This document shows, one piece after another, positions 29,116 to 42,055 of a DNA stretch of 64,000 nt (the stretch's first letter is position 1; every line of letters starts with the position of its first letter). Below the pieces are notes generated by a model, which was given only the letters and a program-made list of their open reading frames with translations, did not search any database and was not told the DNA's origin. The DNA is from an uncultured bacterium (GTDB taxonomy: Bacteria; Eisenbacteria; RBG-16-71-46). A program made the translations under genes and the position numbers. The DNA is taken from NCBI GenBank assembly GCA_964418975.1, contig CAYQNV010000172.1:24301-88300 (forward strand). Direction: 5' to 3'.

Positions 29116-29859
29116 ATGTCCGTCATGACGAACGAACGAGTGGCCCCGAACGGCACCACCCAGGGCGAGCCGGGACGTGCGCTGCTGCGGCTCGACGAGG
29201 TGAAGAAGGTGTTCTACACCGACGAAGTGGAGACGCACGCGCTGTCAGGCGTGCACATGGAGATCCAGCGCGGTGAGTACGTGTCCATCTCGGGACCGTC
29301 GGGCTGCGGCAAGTCCACACTGCTCTCGATCCTCGGCCTGCTCGACACCGCCACCGACGGCCAGTACTGGCTCGACGGCAAGCCGGTGCAGAGCCTGGGC
29401 TTCACCGAGCGCGCGCGCATCCGCAATCGCGAGATCGGCTTCATCTTCCAGAGCTTCAACCTGATCGGCGACCTGTCGGTGTACGAGAACGTGGAGCTGC
29501 CGCTCACCTACCGCGGCATGGCCACGACCGAGCGCAAGCGCCGCGTGGGCGAGGCGCTCGAGCGCGTGAGCATGGCGCATCGCTCGAAGCACCTGCCGAG
29601 CCAGCTCTCGGGCGGCCAGCAGCAGCGTGTCGCCGTCGCGCGCGCGCTCGCCGGGGACCCGCTCATCCTGCTCGCGGACGAGCCCACCGGAAACCTCGAC
29701 TCCACGAACGGCGAGGCCGTCATGGAGCTGCTGCGCGATCTGCACCAGCAGGGCAGCACCATCTGCATGGTCACGCACGACACGAGGTTCTCGAAGTACG
29801 CGCAGCGCACCATCCAGCTGTTCGACGGCCGCGTCGTCGACGAGAAGCGCGGGCACTGA
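29116..29859 (+). CDS. ABC transporter ATP-binding protein (MacB/LolD type).
   Basis: Walker A GPSGCGKST, signature LSGGQQQR, Walker [12 protein letters not shown]. Confidence 0.85.
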   Translation: MSVMTNERVAPNGTTQGEPGRALLRLDEVKKVFYTDEVETHALSGVHMEIQRGEYVSISGPSGCGKSTLLSILGLLDTATDGQYWLDGKPVQSLGFTERARIRNREIGFIFQSFNLIGDLSVYENVELPLTYRGMATTERKRRVGEALERVSMAHRSKHLPSQLSGGQQQRVAVARALAGDPLILLADEPTGNLDSTNGEAVMELLRDLHQQGSTICMVTHDTRFSKYAQRTIQLFDGRVVDEKRGH

Positions 29860-29863
29860 GGCC

Positions 29864-32299
29864 ATGTCGTTCGGGGGAATCCTCTCAGACGTGCGGCTCG
29901 CCGTGCGCGCGCTGCGCCGTCAGCCGTTGTTCGCGCTGGTCGCGGTGCTCTCGCTGGCGGTGGCGATCGGCGCGAACGCCACCATCTTCGGCTTGGTGGA
30001 CGCGGTGTTGTTCCGCCCGCTCCCCGGCGAGCGCTCAACGCCGCTCGTGAGTGTGTTCACGAGCGAGTCGGACGGCAATGGTTTTGGGGTGAACTCGTAC
30101 CCCGCCTACCTGGACCTGCGCGCCCACAAGGACGTGTTCACGCACGTCGCGGCCTCGGCGATCACGCCACTGCTGCTCACGGAAGGGGACCGGAGCGAAC
30201 GCGTGCTCGGCATGCTGGTGAGCGGCGACTGGTTCTCCACGCTCGGGCTGCGTGCGGCGCACGGGCGGTTGGTCGGACCAGCGGACGACCGCACCGCCGG
30301 CGAGTCCCCGGTCGTGGTGTTGTCGGACGGCTTCTGGCGGCGGCGCTTCGGCGCCGATCCGGCCGTGGTGGGTCGCACGATCCGGATGAACGGCCACCCG
30401 TGGACCGTGGTGGGTGTTCTGCCGCCATCGTTCCGGGGCGTGTTCATGGGGATCACGCCGGACGCCTGCGTCCCGACCCGGATGGAGGCGTGGGCCCAGC
30501 CCGGGCGCGGCGAGACGACGAATCGCGGCGGACGCAGTTTCTCGGTGGTCGGTCGGCTCGCCGACGGCATGAACTTGAAGCAGGCGCAGCAGCGCCTCGA
30601 CGCGCTCGCCGCCCAGCTCGGCCGCGAGCACCCCGCCAGCGACAGCGGTCGCGCCTTCAGCATCCTGCGTGAGGAGGACGGACGGCCGTTTCCCCAAGTG
30701 CACTCCATGGTCGTCATGTTCATGGGCATGCTCCAGGCCATCACTGGCCTCGTGCTGGTGATCGCCTGCGTGAACCTGGCCGGCCTGCTACTCGCGCGCG
30801 GCAGCGAGCGACGCCGCGAGATCGGCGTGCGACTGGCGCTGGGCGCCTCGCGCGCGCGGCTGGTGCGCATGCTCGTCTCGGAGAGCTTGCTGCTCGGCGT
30901 GCTGGGAGGCGGGCTCGGCCTGGGACTCGCCGCGCTCGGCACTCGCCTGCTGGCGATGTTCCAGCCGCCGCTCCCGGTGCCGATCACGTTCGACTTCCAG
31001 CCGGATGGCCGCGTGGCGCTGTTCGCGATGCTGCTCGGTATCGCGGCGGCGCTGGTGTTCTCGCTCGTGCCCGCTTGGCAGACGGTGTCGCCTTCGCTCG
31101 CGGGCCCGCTTCGCGACGACGGCGGCGTGCGCCGCTCGCGCCTGCGCGGCTTCCTCATGGTGACGCAGCTCGCGCTCTCGCTTCTCCTGCTCGCCGGCGC
31201 CGGGCTGTTCATGCGCGCGCTCGCCCGTGCGCAAACGCTCGATCCGGGATTTGACCCACGCGGTGTCACGAGCGTGGCATTCGACCCGAGCTTGAGCGGC
31301 TACGACCTGCCGCGCACGCGCGCGTTCTACACCCGGCTGCTCCAGGAAGTCCGCGCGTTGCCCGGCGTCACGTCCGCCACGTTGGCGGAGCACGTGCCCT
31401 TGGCCCTCGGCTGGTCCGAGGCGGGCATGTGGCTTCCCGGCCGCACGGGTGCCGAACGCGAGCGTGCGATCGACATGCCGGTGAACGCGGTGAGCGAGGG
31501 GTACTTCGCCACACTTCGCATTGCCATCGTGCGCGGGCGCGAGCTGCGCACGTCGCAGCCGAGCGGCGAGGTCATGGTGAACGAGACGTTCGCGCGCCGG
31601 TTCTGGCCCGGCCAGGACCCACTCGGCAAGCAGGTGGGCCTCGAAGGCCCGGACGGCCCGTGGCGCACGGTGGTCGGCGTGGCCGCCGACTCGCGCTACC
31701 GGAGCGTGGCCGAGACACCGCGCCCATTTCTGTACGTGGCGGCGGACCACGACGGTGATGACGATGCCACGCTGCTTGTGCGCGCGTCCGGCCCCACGGC
31801 GGGCATGGTGCCGACGCTTCGCGCACTCGTCCGCAGCGTGGCGCCCGACCTGGCACCAGAACAGCCCGAGCTACTCGAGAGTCAGCTCGGCGCGTCGCTC
31901 CTGCCCGGGCGGCTGGCGGGTGGCGTGCTCGCGGCGACCGGCGCCGTGGCGCTGCTGCTCGCCTGCCTCGGCCTGTACGCCGTCGTGGCGTACTCGGTGA
32001 GCCGACGCACCAAGGAGTTCGGCGTGCGCATCGCGCTGGGCGCGCTGCCGCGCGACATCCTCTCGCTGGTCATGTCGGAAGGTTCGCGACTGCTCGCCTG
32101 GGGGCTCGGCATCGGGCTCGTGCTGGCGCTCGCGGCCGGCTTCGCGCTCCGGGGGCTGCTCTACGGGCTCTCGCCGCTCGACCTGCCCGCCTATCTCGTC
32201 GTGCTGGTACTGCTCGGCGTCACGTCGCTCGTGGCTTGTTGGCTCCCCGCCCGCCGCGCCACAACGGTGAACCCCGTGATCGCGCTGCGACACGACTAG
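29864..32299 (+). CDS. ABC transporter permease, ADOP family (paralog 2).
   Basis: 811 aa with the same duplicated FtsX architecture. ATG at 29864 inside ORF 29627..32299. Confidence 0.85.
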   Translation: MSFGGILSDVRLAVRALRRQPLFALVAVLSLAVAIGANATIFGLVDAVLFRPLPGERSTPLVSVFTSESDGNGFGVNSYPAYLDLRAHKDVFTHVAASAITPLLLTEGDRSERVLGMLVSGDWFSTLGLRAAHGRLVGPADDRTAGESPVVVLSDGFWRRRFGADPAVVGRTIRMNGHPWTVVGVLPPSFRGVFMGITPDACVPTRMEAWAQPGRGETTNRGGRSFSVVGRLADGMNLKQAQQRLDALAAQLGREHPASDSGRAFSILREEDGRPFPQVHSMVVMFMGMLQAITGLVLVIACVNLAGLLLARGSERRREIGVRLALGASRARLVRMLVSESLLLGVLGGGLGLGLAALGTRLLAMFQPPLPVPITFDFQPDGRVALFAMLLGIAAALVFSLVPAWQTVSPSLAGPLRDDGGVRRSRLRGFLMVTQLALSLLLLAGAGLFMRALARAQTLDPGFDPRGVTSVAFDPSLSGYDLPRTRAFYTRLLQEVRALPGVTSATLAEHVPLALGWSEAGMWLPGRTGAERERAIDMPVNAVSEGYFATLRIAIVRGRELRTSQPSGEVMVNETFARRFWPGQDPLGKQVGLEGPDGPWRTVVGVAADSRYRSVAETPRPFLYVAADHDGDDDATLLVRASGPTAGMVPTLRALVRSVAPDLAPEQPELLESQLGASLLPGRLAGGVLAATGAVALLLACLGLYAVVAYSVSRRTKEFGVRIALGALPRDILSLVMSEGSRLLAWGLGIGLVLALAAGFALRGLLYGLSPLDLPAYLVVLVLLGVTSLVACWLPARRATTVNPVIALRHD

Positions 32300-32307
32300 G
32301 AGACGTG

Positions 32308-34719
<2,412 letters not shown>

Positions 34720-34729
34720 GAGATCGTTC

Positions 34730-37156
34730 ATGGACATCCTGCTCCAGGATCTGCGCTTCGCCTTTCGCTCGCTGCGGCGCTCGCTCGGTTTCACCACCGT
34801 GGTGGTGGCGGTGTTGGCTCTGGGCATCGGCGTCAACACCATGATCTTCAGCATGGTGTACGGCATCATGCTGCGCCCCTGGCCACTGCCCGGCTTTGAA
34901 CGAGTCATGACCGTGACCGAGAGCAACAAGCTGAAGGACGTGAAGCACGACGGCGTGTCGTGGCTCAACTACCAGGACCTGCGCGATCGGTCCAAGTCGT
35001 TCGAGGTGGTCGCCGGTTTCTGGGACATCGGTGGCCAGGTCACGATCGGCGACGAACCCGAGCGGATGGAAGCGGCGAATATCACCTCGGGCCTGCTGCC
35101 GGCGCTCGGCGTGCAACCACAGCTTGGTCGCAACTTCACGCGCGACGAAGAGGTCTACGGCCAGAACTGGGGCCCGGCCCTGATCAGCGATCGCATCTGG
35201 AAGCGACGCTTCGGCGGCACACCGGACGTGCTCGGGAAGACGTTCAAGCTGAACGGCCGCGTGCGCACCATCGTCGGCGTCATGCCGCCGCGATTCCAGT
35301 GGCCCGAGGTCGAGGACTTCTGGATCCCCGCCGCGATCTCACCCGAGGACGCGCGTGCGCGCACCGACCACAACCTGCAACTCGTGGCGCGCTTGAAGCC
35401 CGGCGTGACGCGGCAGCAGGCGCAGGCCGAAGTGGCCGGTATCTACCAGCAGATCGTGGCGTCGGACCCGGAGAACCTGAAGGGCTGGACGGCCACCGTG
35501 ATGGCATTTGCCGACGAATGGCGACGCGGCATCCGCACCATGATGATCATCATGTCGCTCGCGGTGGGCTTCGTGCTGTTGATCGCATGCGCCAACGTGG
35601 CGAACCTCATGCTCGCCCGCGCCGCCGCTCGCAAGCGCGAGATCAGCGTGCGGCTGGCGCTCGGCGCCTCGCGAGGACGCGTGGTGCGCCAGTTGCTCAC
35701 CGAGAGCCTGCTGCTGTCGCTCACCGGTGCCGGCATCGGCGCCGCGCTGGCGGTGGTGGGCAATCGGCTGTGGGTCGGCATGATCCCGCTCGAGCTGCCG
35801 TTCTGGTTGAAGTTCCAGATCGATCTTCCCGTGCTCGCGTTCACGGTGATGATCTCGATGTTGAGCGCATTGGTGTTCGGGCTGATTCCCGCCATGCAGG
35901 CGTCCGACACGCGGCTGTCCGAAGCGATCCGCGAGGGCAGCGCCCAGGCCGGGAGCGGTCGTGGCCGCGGGCGCGCGCGCAGCGCACTGGTCGTGGCGGA
36001 AGTGGCGCTCTCGCTCACGCTGCTCGTGGCGTCCGGGCTCATGATCCGCAGCCTGTACGCGATGATGGACAGCGAGAAGCTCGTGCGCTCCGAAGGGGTG
36101 TTTACCGCACGCTTCCTGCTGCCCATCGCCACCTGGCCGAGCGACTCGGCCCGCCGCGAGTTCTGCGACCGGGTCTATCCGCTGGCGCAGGCCCTGCCGG
36201 GCGTCGAGTCCGCCTCGATCGTGACCATGCTGCCGCTCAATCGCGGCGACTGGACCGCTCGCGTGGTGGGCGAGACCGGTGCGCGCACCGATCCCGAGCG
36301 CCCCGCGCGCGTGAACTACGCCGAATGCTACCCGGGCTACTTCGCCACACTCGGCATCCCCTTGCGCTCCGGCCGCGACTTCACGTTCTCGGACGGTCCC
36401 GGCGGCGAATCGGTAGTGATCGTGAACTCCGCCATGGCCAAGCTGCTCTGGCCCGGCAAGGATCCGCTTGGGATGCGCGTGAAGCCCGTGAACGACGAAC
36501 GCAAGCTGGGCTGGCGCACGGTCGTGGGCGTGGTCGCCGACGTGCCGCAGAACCTCGAGGACACCGACGAGCGCGTGGACGCGACGCTGTTCGTGCCGCA
36601 CCGGCAGGAACCGGACCAGTCGCTCACCTGGGTGGTGCGCACGAAAGGCGACCCGCTGGCGCTGACCGGTGTGATGCGACAGTTCATGCGCTCGCAGGCG
36701 CCGGACGTGCCGCTCACCGACGCGCGCTCGATGCACCAGGCGGTGGAATTCGCGGTGTGGACGCACCGGTTGTTCGGCTCGCTCATGGCGCTGTTCGCCG
36801 TTCTCGCGCTGATCATCGCGGCCGTCGGCCTTTACGGCGTTATGGCCTACTCGGTGGCGCAGCGCACCCAGGAGATCGGCATCCGCATGGCGCTCGGGGC
36901 CCAGGCGCGCGACGTGGTGGGCCTGGTCGTGGGACAGGCGCTCCGGCTCACGCTGATCGGCACGGGCATCGGTTTCGCCGCGGCGTATGCGCTTACGCGC
37001 TTCATGACCAGCGTGCTGTTCGGCGTGTCGCCCACCGACCCGCCCACCTACCTGGGCGTGGTGCTCATCCTGGCGCTGTCGTCGGTGCTGGCGGCCTGGG
37101 TGCCCGCACACCGCGCGACGCGCGTGGACCCGATGAGCGCGCTGCGCTGCGATTGA
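34730..37156 (+). CDS. ABC transporter permease, ADOP family (paralog 4).
   Basis: N terminus MDILLQDLRFAFRSLRRSLGF. 808 aa duplicated FtsX. Confidence 0.85.
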   Translation: MDILLQDLRFAFRSLRRSLGFTTVVVAVLALGIGVNTMIFSMVYGIMLRPWPLPGFERVMTVTESNKLKDVKHDGVSWLNYQDLRDRSKSFEVVAGFWDIGGQVTIGDEPERMEAANITSGLLPALGVQPQLGRNFTRDEEVYGQNWGPALISDRIWKRRFGGTPDVLGKTFKLNGRVRTIVGVMPPRFQWPEVEDFWIPAAISPEDARARTDHNLQLVARLKPGVTRQQAQAEVAGIYQQIVASDPENLKGWTATVMAFADEWRRGIRTMMIIMSLAVGFVLLIACANVANLMLARAAARKREISVRLALGASRGRVVRQLLTESLLLSLTGAGIGAALAVVGNRLWVGMIPLELPFWLKFQIDLPVLAFTVMISMLSALVFGLIPAMQASDTRLSEAIREGSAQAGSGRGRGRARSALVVAEVALSLTLLVASGLMIRSLYAMMDSEKLVRSEGVFTARFLLPIATWPSDSARREFCDRVYPLAQALPGVESASIVTMLPLNRGDWTARVVGETGARTDPERPARVNYAECYPGYFATLGIPLRSGRDFTFSDGPGGESVVIVNSAMAKLLWPGKDPLGMRVKPVNDERKLGWRTVVGVVADVPQNLEDTDERVDATLFVPHRQEPDQSLTWVVRTKGDPLALTGVMRQFMRSQAPDVPLTDARSMHQAVEFAVWTHRLFGSLMALFAVLALIIAAVGLYGVMAYSVAQRTQEIGIRMALGAQARDVVGLVVGQALRLTLIGTGIGFAAAYALTRFMTSVLFGVSPTDPPTYLGVVLILALSSVLAAWVPAHRATRVDPMSALRCD

Positions 37157-37169
37157 GGCGGTAACCGCA

Positions 37170-38276
37170 ATGTTCCCCGTGGAACGAGCCGCGATGGACT
37201 CGCGAATGAAGTCGATCTCGTACACACTGATCGCGCTCTCGGTGCTGCTCGCGGCAGATCCCGCCGTGGCCACCGAGGACGTGCGCCAGCTGTTCGATCG
37301 CGGCCAGCTCCGCCGCGCGGCCACCGCCTGCGAGCAGCGACTGGCGGCGAATCCCGCAGACGCCGCGGCCGGAGAAGTGCTGTCGCGGATCCGCGGAGAG
37401 CAGAAGGATCTCGAAGGCGCCCTCCGTCTGGCCACCACCGCCGCAGCCGCCGATCCGAAGAGCGCCAATGCACAGTACGCATTGGCGGAAGCCTACGGCC
37501 GCTTGGCGCGCGAGGCCGGCATGCTCAAGGCCGCAGGGCTCGCGGGCAAGATGCGAAAGGCCGCGGACGCAGCACTCGCGCTGGACCCAAAGCACGTGGA
37601 CGCGCTCGAGATCCTGGTGGACTTCCACCGCATGGCGCCCGGCATCATGGGCGGCGACAAGAAGAAGGCGGCCGGCTTCCTCGAGCGCATCGTGCAGGCG
37701 AATCCCGCCGTCGGTTGGATCAAGCGCGGCCAGACGGCGCTCCAGGACAAGGACACGACGCTCGCGGCTAGGTGCTTCGCGAACGCGCTGGAGCGTGACC
37801 CGGCTTCGGGTCGCGCGAGGGTGCAGCTGGCGTTCTGGCTCGCACCGCGCTGGCGTGACCCGGCGCGTGCCGAGAAGCTCGCCCTCCAGGCGGTCGAGGC
37901 CGAGCCATGGCGCACGGGCGGCTGGCAGGTGCTGGCCGCGCTCTATGCGTTCCAGCAGCGCTGGGCGGAGCTCGAGTCCGCATTGCAACGCTCGGAGGCC
38001 GCGGAACCCACGCACTTGGCGCCGTGGTTCCAGGCGGGCCGCCAGCTGGTGTCGGACCACAAGGAGGCGGCGCGCGCCGAGGGATACCTGCGGCGCTACC
38101 TGTCGCGCGAGCCCGAGATCGGCGCACCGTCCGTGGCGGCGGCTCGCTGGCGACTGGGCCAGGCGCTGGAACAGCAAGGGCGCAAAGCCGAGGCCACGTC
38201 CGAGATCGCGCAGGCCGTGAAGCTCGACCCCAAGCTCGAGGATGCGAAGAAAGACCTGAAGCGCCTGCGCGGTTGA
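37170..38276 (+). CDS. Secreted tetratricopeptide-repeat protein.
   Basis: Signal peptide from internal Met (MKSISYTLIALSVLLAADPAVA) and several TPR-like helical pairs. Lies between ADOP4 and the second ATPase. Confidence 0.6.
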   Translation: MFPVERAAMDSRMKSISYTLIALSVLLAADPAVATEDVRQLFDRGQLRRAATACEQRLAANPADAAAGEVLSRIRGEQKDLEGALRLATTAAAADPKSANAQYALAEAYGRLAREAGMLKAAGLAGKMRKAADAALALDPKHVDALEILVDFHRMAPGIMGGDKKKAAGFLERIVQANPAVGWIKRGQTALQDKDTTLAARCFANALERDPASGRARVQLAFWLAPRWRDPARAEKLALQAVEAEPWRTGGWQVLAALYAFQQRWAELESALQRSEAAEPTHLAPWFQAGRQLVSDHKEAARAEGYLRRYLSREPEIGAPSVAAARWRLGQALEQQGRKAEATSEIAQAVKLDPKLEDAKKDLKRLRG

Positions 38277-38312
38277 GCGCGCACACATCTGCGGTCCAGA
38301 GAGGAGTGCTCC

Positions 38313-39056
38313 ATGGAGACATCACCTTCCGCGCTCGCGCGCGGAGCTTCTACCGAGGACCGCGAGCCGCTGGTGCGGCTGCGCGGCGTTGAGAAGGGCT
38401 TCGACCACGGCGCCGGCCGGTTCCACGTGCTACGGCGTATCGACCTCGACGTACGCCCCGGTGAGTTCGTGTCCGTGATGGGCCCGTCGGGAGCGGGCAA
38501 GTCCACGCTGCTCCAGTTGCTCGGACTTCAGGATTCGGACTGGACGGGGGAATACCAATTGGACGGCGCCGCCGTGGGCCCGCTGGACGCCAAGGCGCGC
38601 GCCCGACTTCGCAACGAGACCGTCGGGTTCGTGTTCCAGAGCTATCACCTGTTGGACGAGCTCACCGTGGCCGAGAACCTCGATGTGCCGTTGTCGTATC
38701 GCGACGTGAAGAAGGCCGAGCGCGAGTCGCTCGTGGCCGAGAGCCTCGACCGCTTCGGGCTTGCCGCGCGTGCGAAGCTCTATCCGCGCCAGCTCTCGGG
38801 TGGCCAGCAGCAGCTCGTGGGCATCGCGCGCGCGCTCGTGGCCAAGCCGCGCTTGCTGCTCGCGGACGAGCCCACAGGGAACCTGCACTCCGAGCAGGCG
38901 CACGAGATCATGCGACTCTTCCAGTCGGTGAACGCCACGGGCACCACCATCGTGCAGGTCACGCACTCCGAGGAGAACGCCCGCTACGGCCGGCGGATCG
39001 TGCGCATGCGCGATGGTTGGATCGACAGCGACGAGCCGCAGACGGCCAGGAGTTGA
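38313..39056 (+). CDS. ABC transporter ATP-binding protein (MacB/LolD type, second copy).
   Basis: Walker [39 protein letters not shown] upstream. Confidence 0.85.
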   Translation: METSPSALARGASTEDREPLVRLRGVEKGFDHGAGRFHVLRRIDLDVRPGEFVSVMGPSGAGKSTLLQLLGLQDSDWTGEYQLDGAAVGPLDAKARARLRNETVGFVFQSYHLLDELTVAENLDVPLSYRDVKKAERESLVAESLDRFGLAARAKLYPRQLSGGQQQLVGIARALVAKPRLLLADEPTGNLHSEQAHEIMRLFQSVNATGTTIVQVTHSEENARYGRRIVRMRDGWIDSDEPQTARS

Positions 39057-39182
39057 GCGCCGCGGACCGCCCAGGCCGCTTCCTGTCAACTCAGTGACCC
39101 CAGCCCGGGCGCAGGTCTGCTAGGATTTTCGTCGTTCCGCGTCGGGCCCGCCCGGCGCACAGGCAGGAGCCCTGGAGGCCTC

Positions 39183-39698
39183 ATGCCCACGTTCCCCGCA
39201 CGCTTCGCTCGCACGACACTCGCCGTTCTGGTCGCGGCGGGAGGCTGGGTCGTGGCCATGGCCGGGACGTCGCGAAGCGAGGCCGCGAGCCTGCCGGAGG
39301 TGACACCGGCACCGAGTTCCTCGCGCTTCACCTGAGAGCCCATCCGGGTCCCGTCGGGACCCATCACGGATTCCGAGTTCGCGCTCTACCACCTGCAGCG
39401 CGCGCTCTACGACCCCGTCGACCCACGCCTGCTCGGCTCGCTCAGCCCGGACTTCCATTTCCGCGTGAACGGCGAGGTCTACCGGTTCGCGGGCGAGAAG
39501 ACGCTACGCCGGTTCATGGAGGAGCCCGAACTTTGGTGCGGGCTGTTGCGCGATCCCGTGAACGGCGAGCGATTCCTGCCCTCGACGCGCTCGCCGCGGC
39601 TCTACTTCATCGGCGGCCCCTACTACTTCAGCAGCGACTCCACGCGCGACCGGTTCCTGGACGACCCGCTCCGGTTCGAGGTGAAGCGGGCGATATAG
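39183..39698 (+). other. Candidate secreted protein whose 50-codon signal-peptide ORF is joined in frame to ORF 39336..39698 through one TGA (39333..39335). It could be a selenoprotein, a readthrough gene or a pseudogene.
   Basis: ATG 39183 with RBS GGAGG. Signal peptide MPTFPARFARTTLAVLVAAGGWVVAMAGTS. The TGA is in the same frame as the downstream ORF, which has no ATG (first GTG at 39465). Hairpin GGGTCCC-GTC-GGGACCC lies 10 nt after the TGA. Confidence 0.3.
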
Positions 39699-39722
39699 GA
39701 GCCTTGCCAGCCTCCGGCTGGC

Positions 39723-40634
39723 GTGGGCCCGGCGACGCGCCGGCCGGAGGCCGGCAACATGAAAAGTGCCGGAGGCCGGCAACAGACGGATGTCGTCATG
39801 CTAATGTCGCCGCCCATGACCACTCCCTCGCGCTACGTGCACGGCACGCACCCCGAGGAGCAACGCCGCCTCGCGGACCTGAACGTCCTCGTCAACCAAG
39901 CCTCGCTCGAAGCTCTGAAGCCGCTTCGGGGTGAGCGCGCACTCGAAGTGGGCAGCGGGCTCGGGCAGTTCGCGCGCGCGCTCGCACACGCAACGGGCGA
40001 GCGCGTGGTGGCGGTCGAGCGCAGTCCCGAGCAACTGGCTCGCGCGGTGGCACTGGCCGCCGACGCGAGCGAGGGCGCGCTCGTGGACTTCCGTTCTGGC
40101 GACGCGCTCGACCTGCCGCTCGCGGCCAATGAGTGGGGCGCGTTCGATCTGGCGCACGCGCGCTTCCTGCTCGAGCATGTGCCCGCGCCGCAGCAAGTGG
40201 TGAACGCGATGGCGCGCGCAGTTCGCCCGGGGGGCCGTGTCGTGCTCGAGGATGATGACCACGAGGCGCTGCGGCTATGGCCCGAGCCGCCCGGCCTGAA
40301 CGTCGTGTGGCGCGCCTACATTCGCACTTACGACCGGCTGGGCAATGACCCCTACGTCGGCCGTCGCCTGGTGGAGCTGCTGGTGAACGCTGGGCTCGTG
40401 CCCAGGCGCATCGCCATGCCGCTGTTTGGCGCGTGCGCGGGCGAGCCGGAGTTCCCGGCCTACGTGGCGAACCTGGGTGCGATCTTCGACGGCGCGCGCG
40501 ACGCGATCCTCGCCACCGGTGGCGTGAGCGCCGCGGCGTTCGCTGACGCCCAGGCCGCGCTCATTACGTGGGGCGAGCGGCGCGATGCGGTGTTCTGGTA
40601 CGCCGTGCGCTGGGCCCAGGCGGTGAAACCGTGA
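39723..40634 (+). CDS. Class I SAM-dependent methyltransferase.
   Basis: Motif I ..ALEVGSGLGQFARALA.., motif ..RPGGRVVLED. Start uncertain; a Met near 39798 is possible. Confidence 0.65.
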   Translation: MGPATRRPEAGNMKSAGGRQQTDVVMLMSPPMTTPSRYVHGTHPEEQRRLADLNVLVNQASLEALKPLRGERALEVGSGLGQFARALAHATGERVVAVERSPEQLARAVALAADASEGALVDFRSGDALDLPLAANEWGAFDLAHARFLLEHVPAPQQVVNAMARAVRPGGRVVLEDDDHEALRLWPEPPGLNVVWRAYIRTYDRLGNDPYVGRRLVELLVNAGLVPRRIAMPLFGACAGEPEFPAYVANLGAIFDGARDAILATGGVSAAAFADAQAALITWGERRDAVFWYAVRWAQAVKP

Positions 40635-42052
40635 GCGACGAGCCCGACCCGGACCCGGACCCGCATTCTGCGGGTGCCCCGACGGGTGCCCCGGCGGGTG
40701 CGCCGCCTCGCGTGCTGGTCGCAGACGACGACCCCGACGTGCTGGCGGCCCTGAAGCTGCTTCTGCGCGGCGAGCGCTACGAGGTCGAGACCGCCACCTC
40801 GCCGGCGCTCGCGCTGGCGGCGCTCGAATCGCGCGACTTCGACGCGGCATTGCTCGACTTGAACTACGCGCGCGACACCACCAGCGGCCGGGAGGGACTG
40901 GAGCTGGTCGAGCGCCTGCGCGCATTGGACTCCACCCTGCCCGTGGTGGTGATGACCGCGTGGGGCAGTGTCGAGGGCGCGGTGGCTGCCGTAAGGCGTG
41001 GCGCGCGCGACTACGTGCAGAAACCGTGGGACAACGCCCGACTACTTCAGACCTTGCGCACGCAGGTCGAGCTCGGACGGGCGCTGCGCGTGGGACAGCG
41101 CCTCGAGCACGAGAACCGGCTGCTGCGCCGCGAGGGCATGCCGGAGATGATCGCCGACGCTCCGGTCATGCGCCCGGTGCTGGACCTGTTGGCACGCGTG
41201 GGGCCGAGTGACGCCAACGTGCTCGTCACGGGCGAGCATGGCACGGGCAAGGAACTCGTGGCGCGACTGCTGCACGCCAGCTCGCCGCGGGCCGGACGCG
41301 CGCTCGTCACGGTGAACGTGGGCGGACTGGCGGAAGGCGTGTTCGAGAGCGAGCTGTTCGGTCATGTGAAGGGCGCGTTCACGGGCGCCAACGCCGATCG
41401 TGCCGGGCGGTTCGAGCTGGCGGATGGCGGCACACTGTTCCTGGACGAGATCGCGAACGTGCCGCTGGCCCAGCAGGCCCGGCTCCTGCGCGTGCTGCAG
41501 ACGGGCGAGTTTGAACGCGTCGGCAGCTCGCGCACGCGCTCGGTGAGCGTGCGGCTGGTATCCGCCACCAATGCCGATCTTCATGCGGAAGCGGCCGCTG
41601 GCCGCTTCCGGGAAGACCTGTTGTTCCGCATCAACACCGTCGAGGTGCACCTGCCGGCGCTGCGCGAGCGGCGCGAGGACATCCCGGCGCTGGCCGCGCA
41701 CTTCCTGCGGCTGCACGCCCAGCGCTACCGCAAGCCGGTCGAGTCGTTCGATCCCGAAGCGCTGCGCGCGCTGCTCGCTCACCCGTGGCCGGGCAACGTG
41801 CGCGAGCTGGACCACGTGCTCGAGCGCGCCGTGCTCATGGCGCGCGGGGCGGCGCTCGAGGCCGGCGACCTGGGGCTGCGCGTGAGCACGTCGGGCGCCC
41901 CGGCGCTCGAGCAGATGACGCTCGACGAGGTGGAGCGTGTGCTCATCCAGAAGGCGCTCGCGCGGCACAGCGGAAACGTGAGCGACGCGGCGAAGACGCT
42001 GGGACTCTCGCGCAGCGCGCTCTACCGGCGCCTCGAGCGCCACGGCCTGTAG
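40631..42052 (+). CDS. Sigma-54-dependent Fis-family response regulator (NtrC-like).
   Basis: REC domain (..[11 protein letters not shown]..), AAA+ domain with GAFTGA and a C-terminal Fis HTH. GTG start overlaps the upstream stop. Confidence 0.85.
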   Translation: MSDEPDPDPDPHSAGAPTGAPAGAPPRVLVADDDPDVLAALKLLLRGERYEVETATSPALALAALESRDFDAALLDLNYARDTTSGREGLELVERLRALDSTLPVVVMTAWGSVEGAVAAVRRGARDYVQKPWDNARLLQTLRTQVELGRALRVGQRLEHENRLLRREGMPEMIADAPVMRPVLDLLARVGPSDANVLVTGEHGTGKELVARLLHASSPRAGRALVTVNVGGLAEGVFESELFGHVKGAFTGANADRAGRFELADGGTLFLDEIANVPLAQQARLLRVLQTGEFERVGSSRTRSVSVRLVSATNADLHAEAAAGRFREDLLFRINTVEVHLPALRERREDIPALAAHFLRLHAQRYRKPVESFDPEALRALLAHPWPGNVRELDHVLERAVLMARGAALEAGDLGLRVSTSGAPALEQMTLDEVERVLIQKALARHSGNVSDAAKTLGLSRSALYRRLERHGL

Positions 42053-42055
42053 CGC

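Noticed and set aside
35339-37468. A 709-aa minus-strand ORF and an 847-aa + strand alternate ORF (34613..37156) over ADOP permease 4.
   Set aside because: Permease 4 (34730..37156) has the conserved ADOP N terminus and FtsX modules. The other ORFs are read-through of the same frame or antisense shadows.
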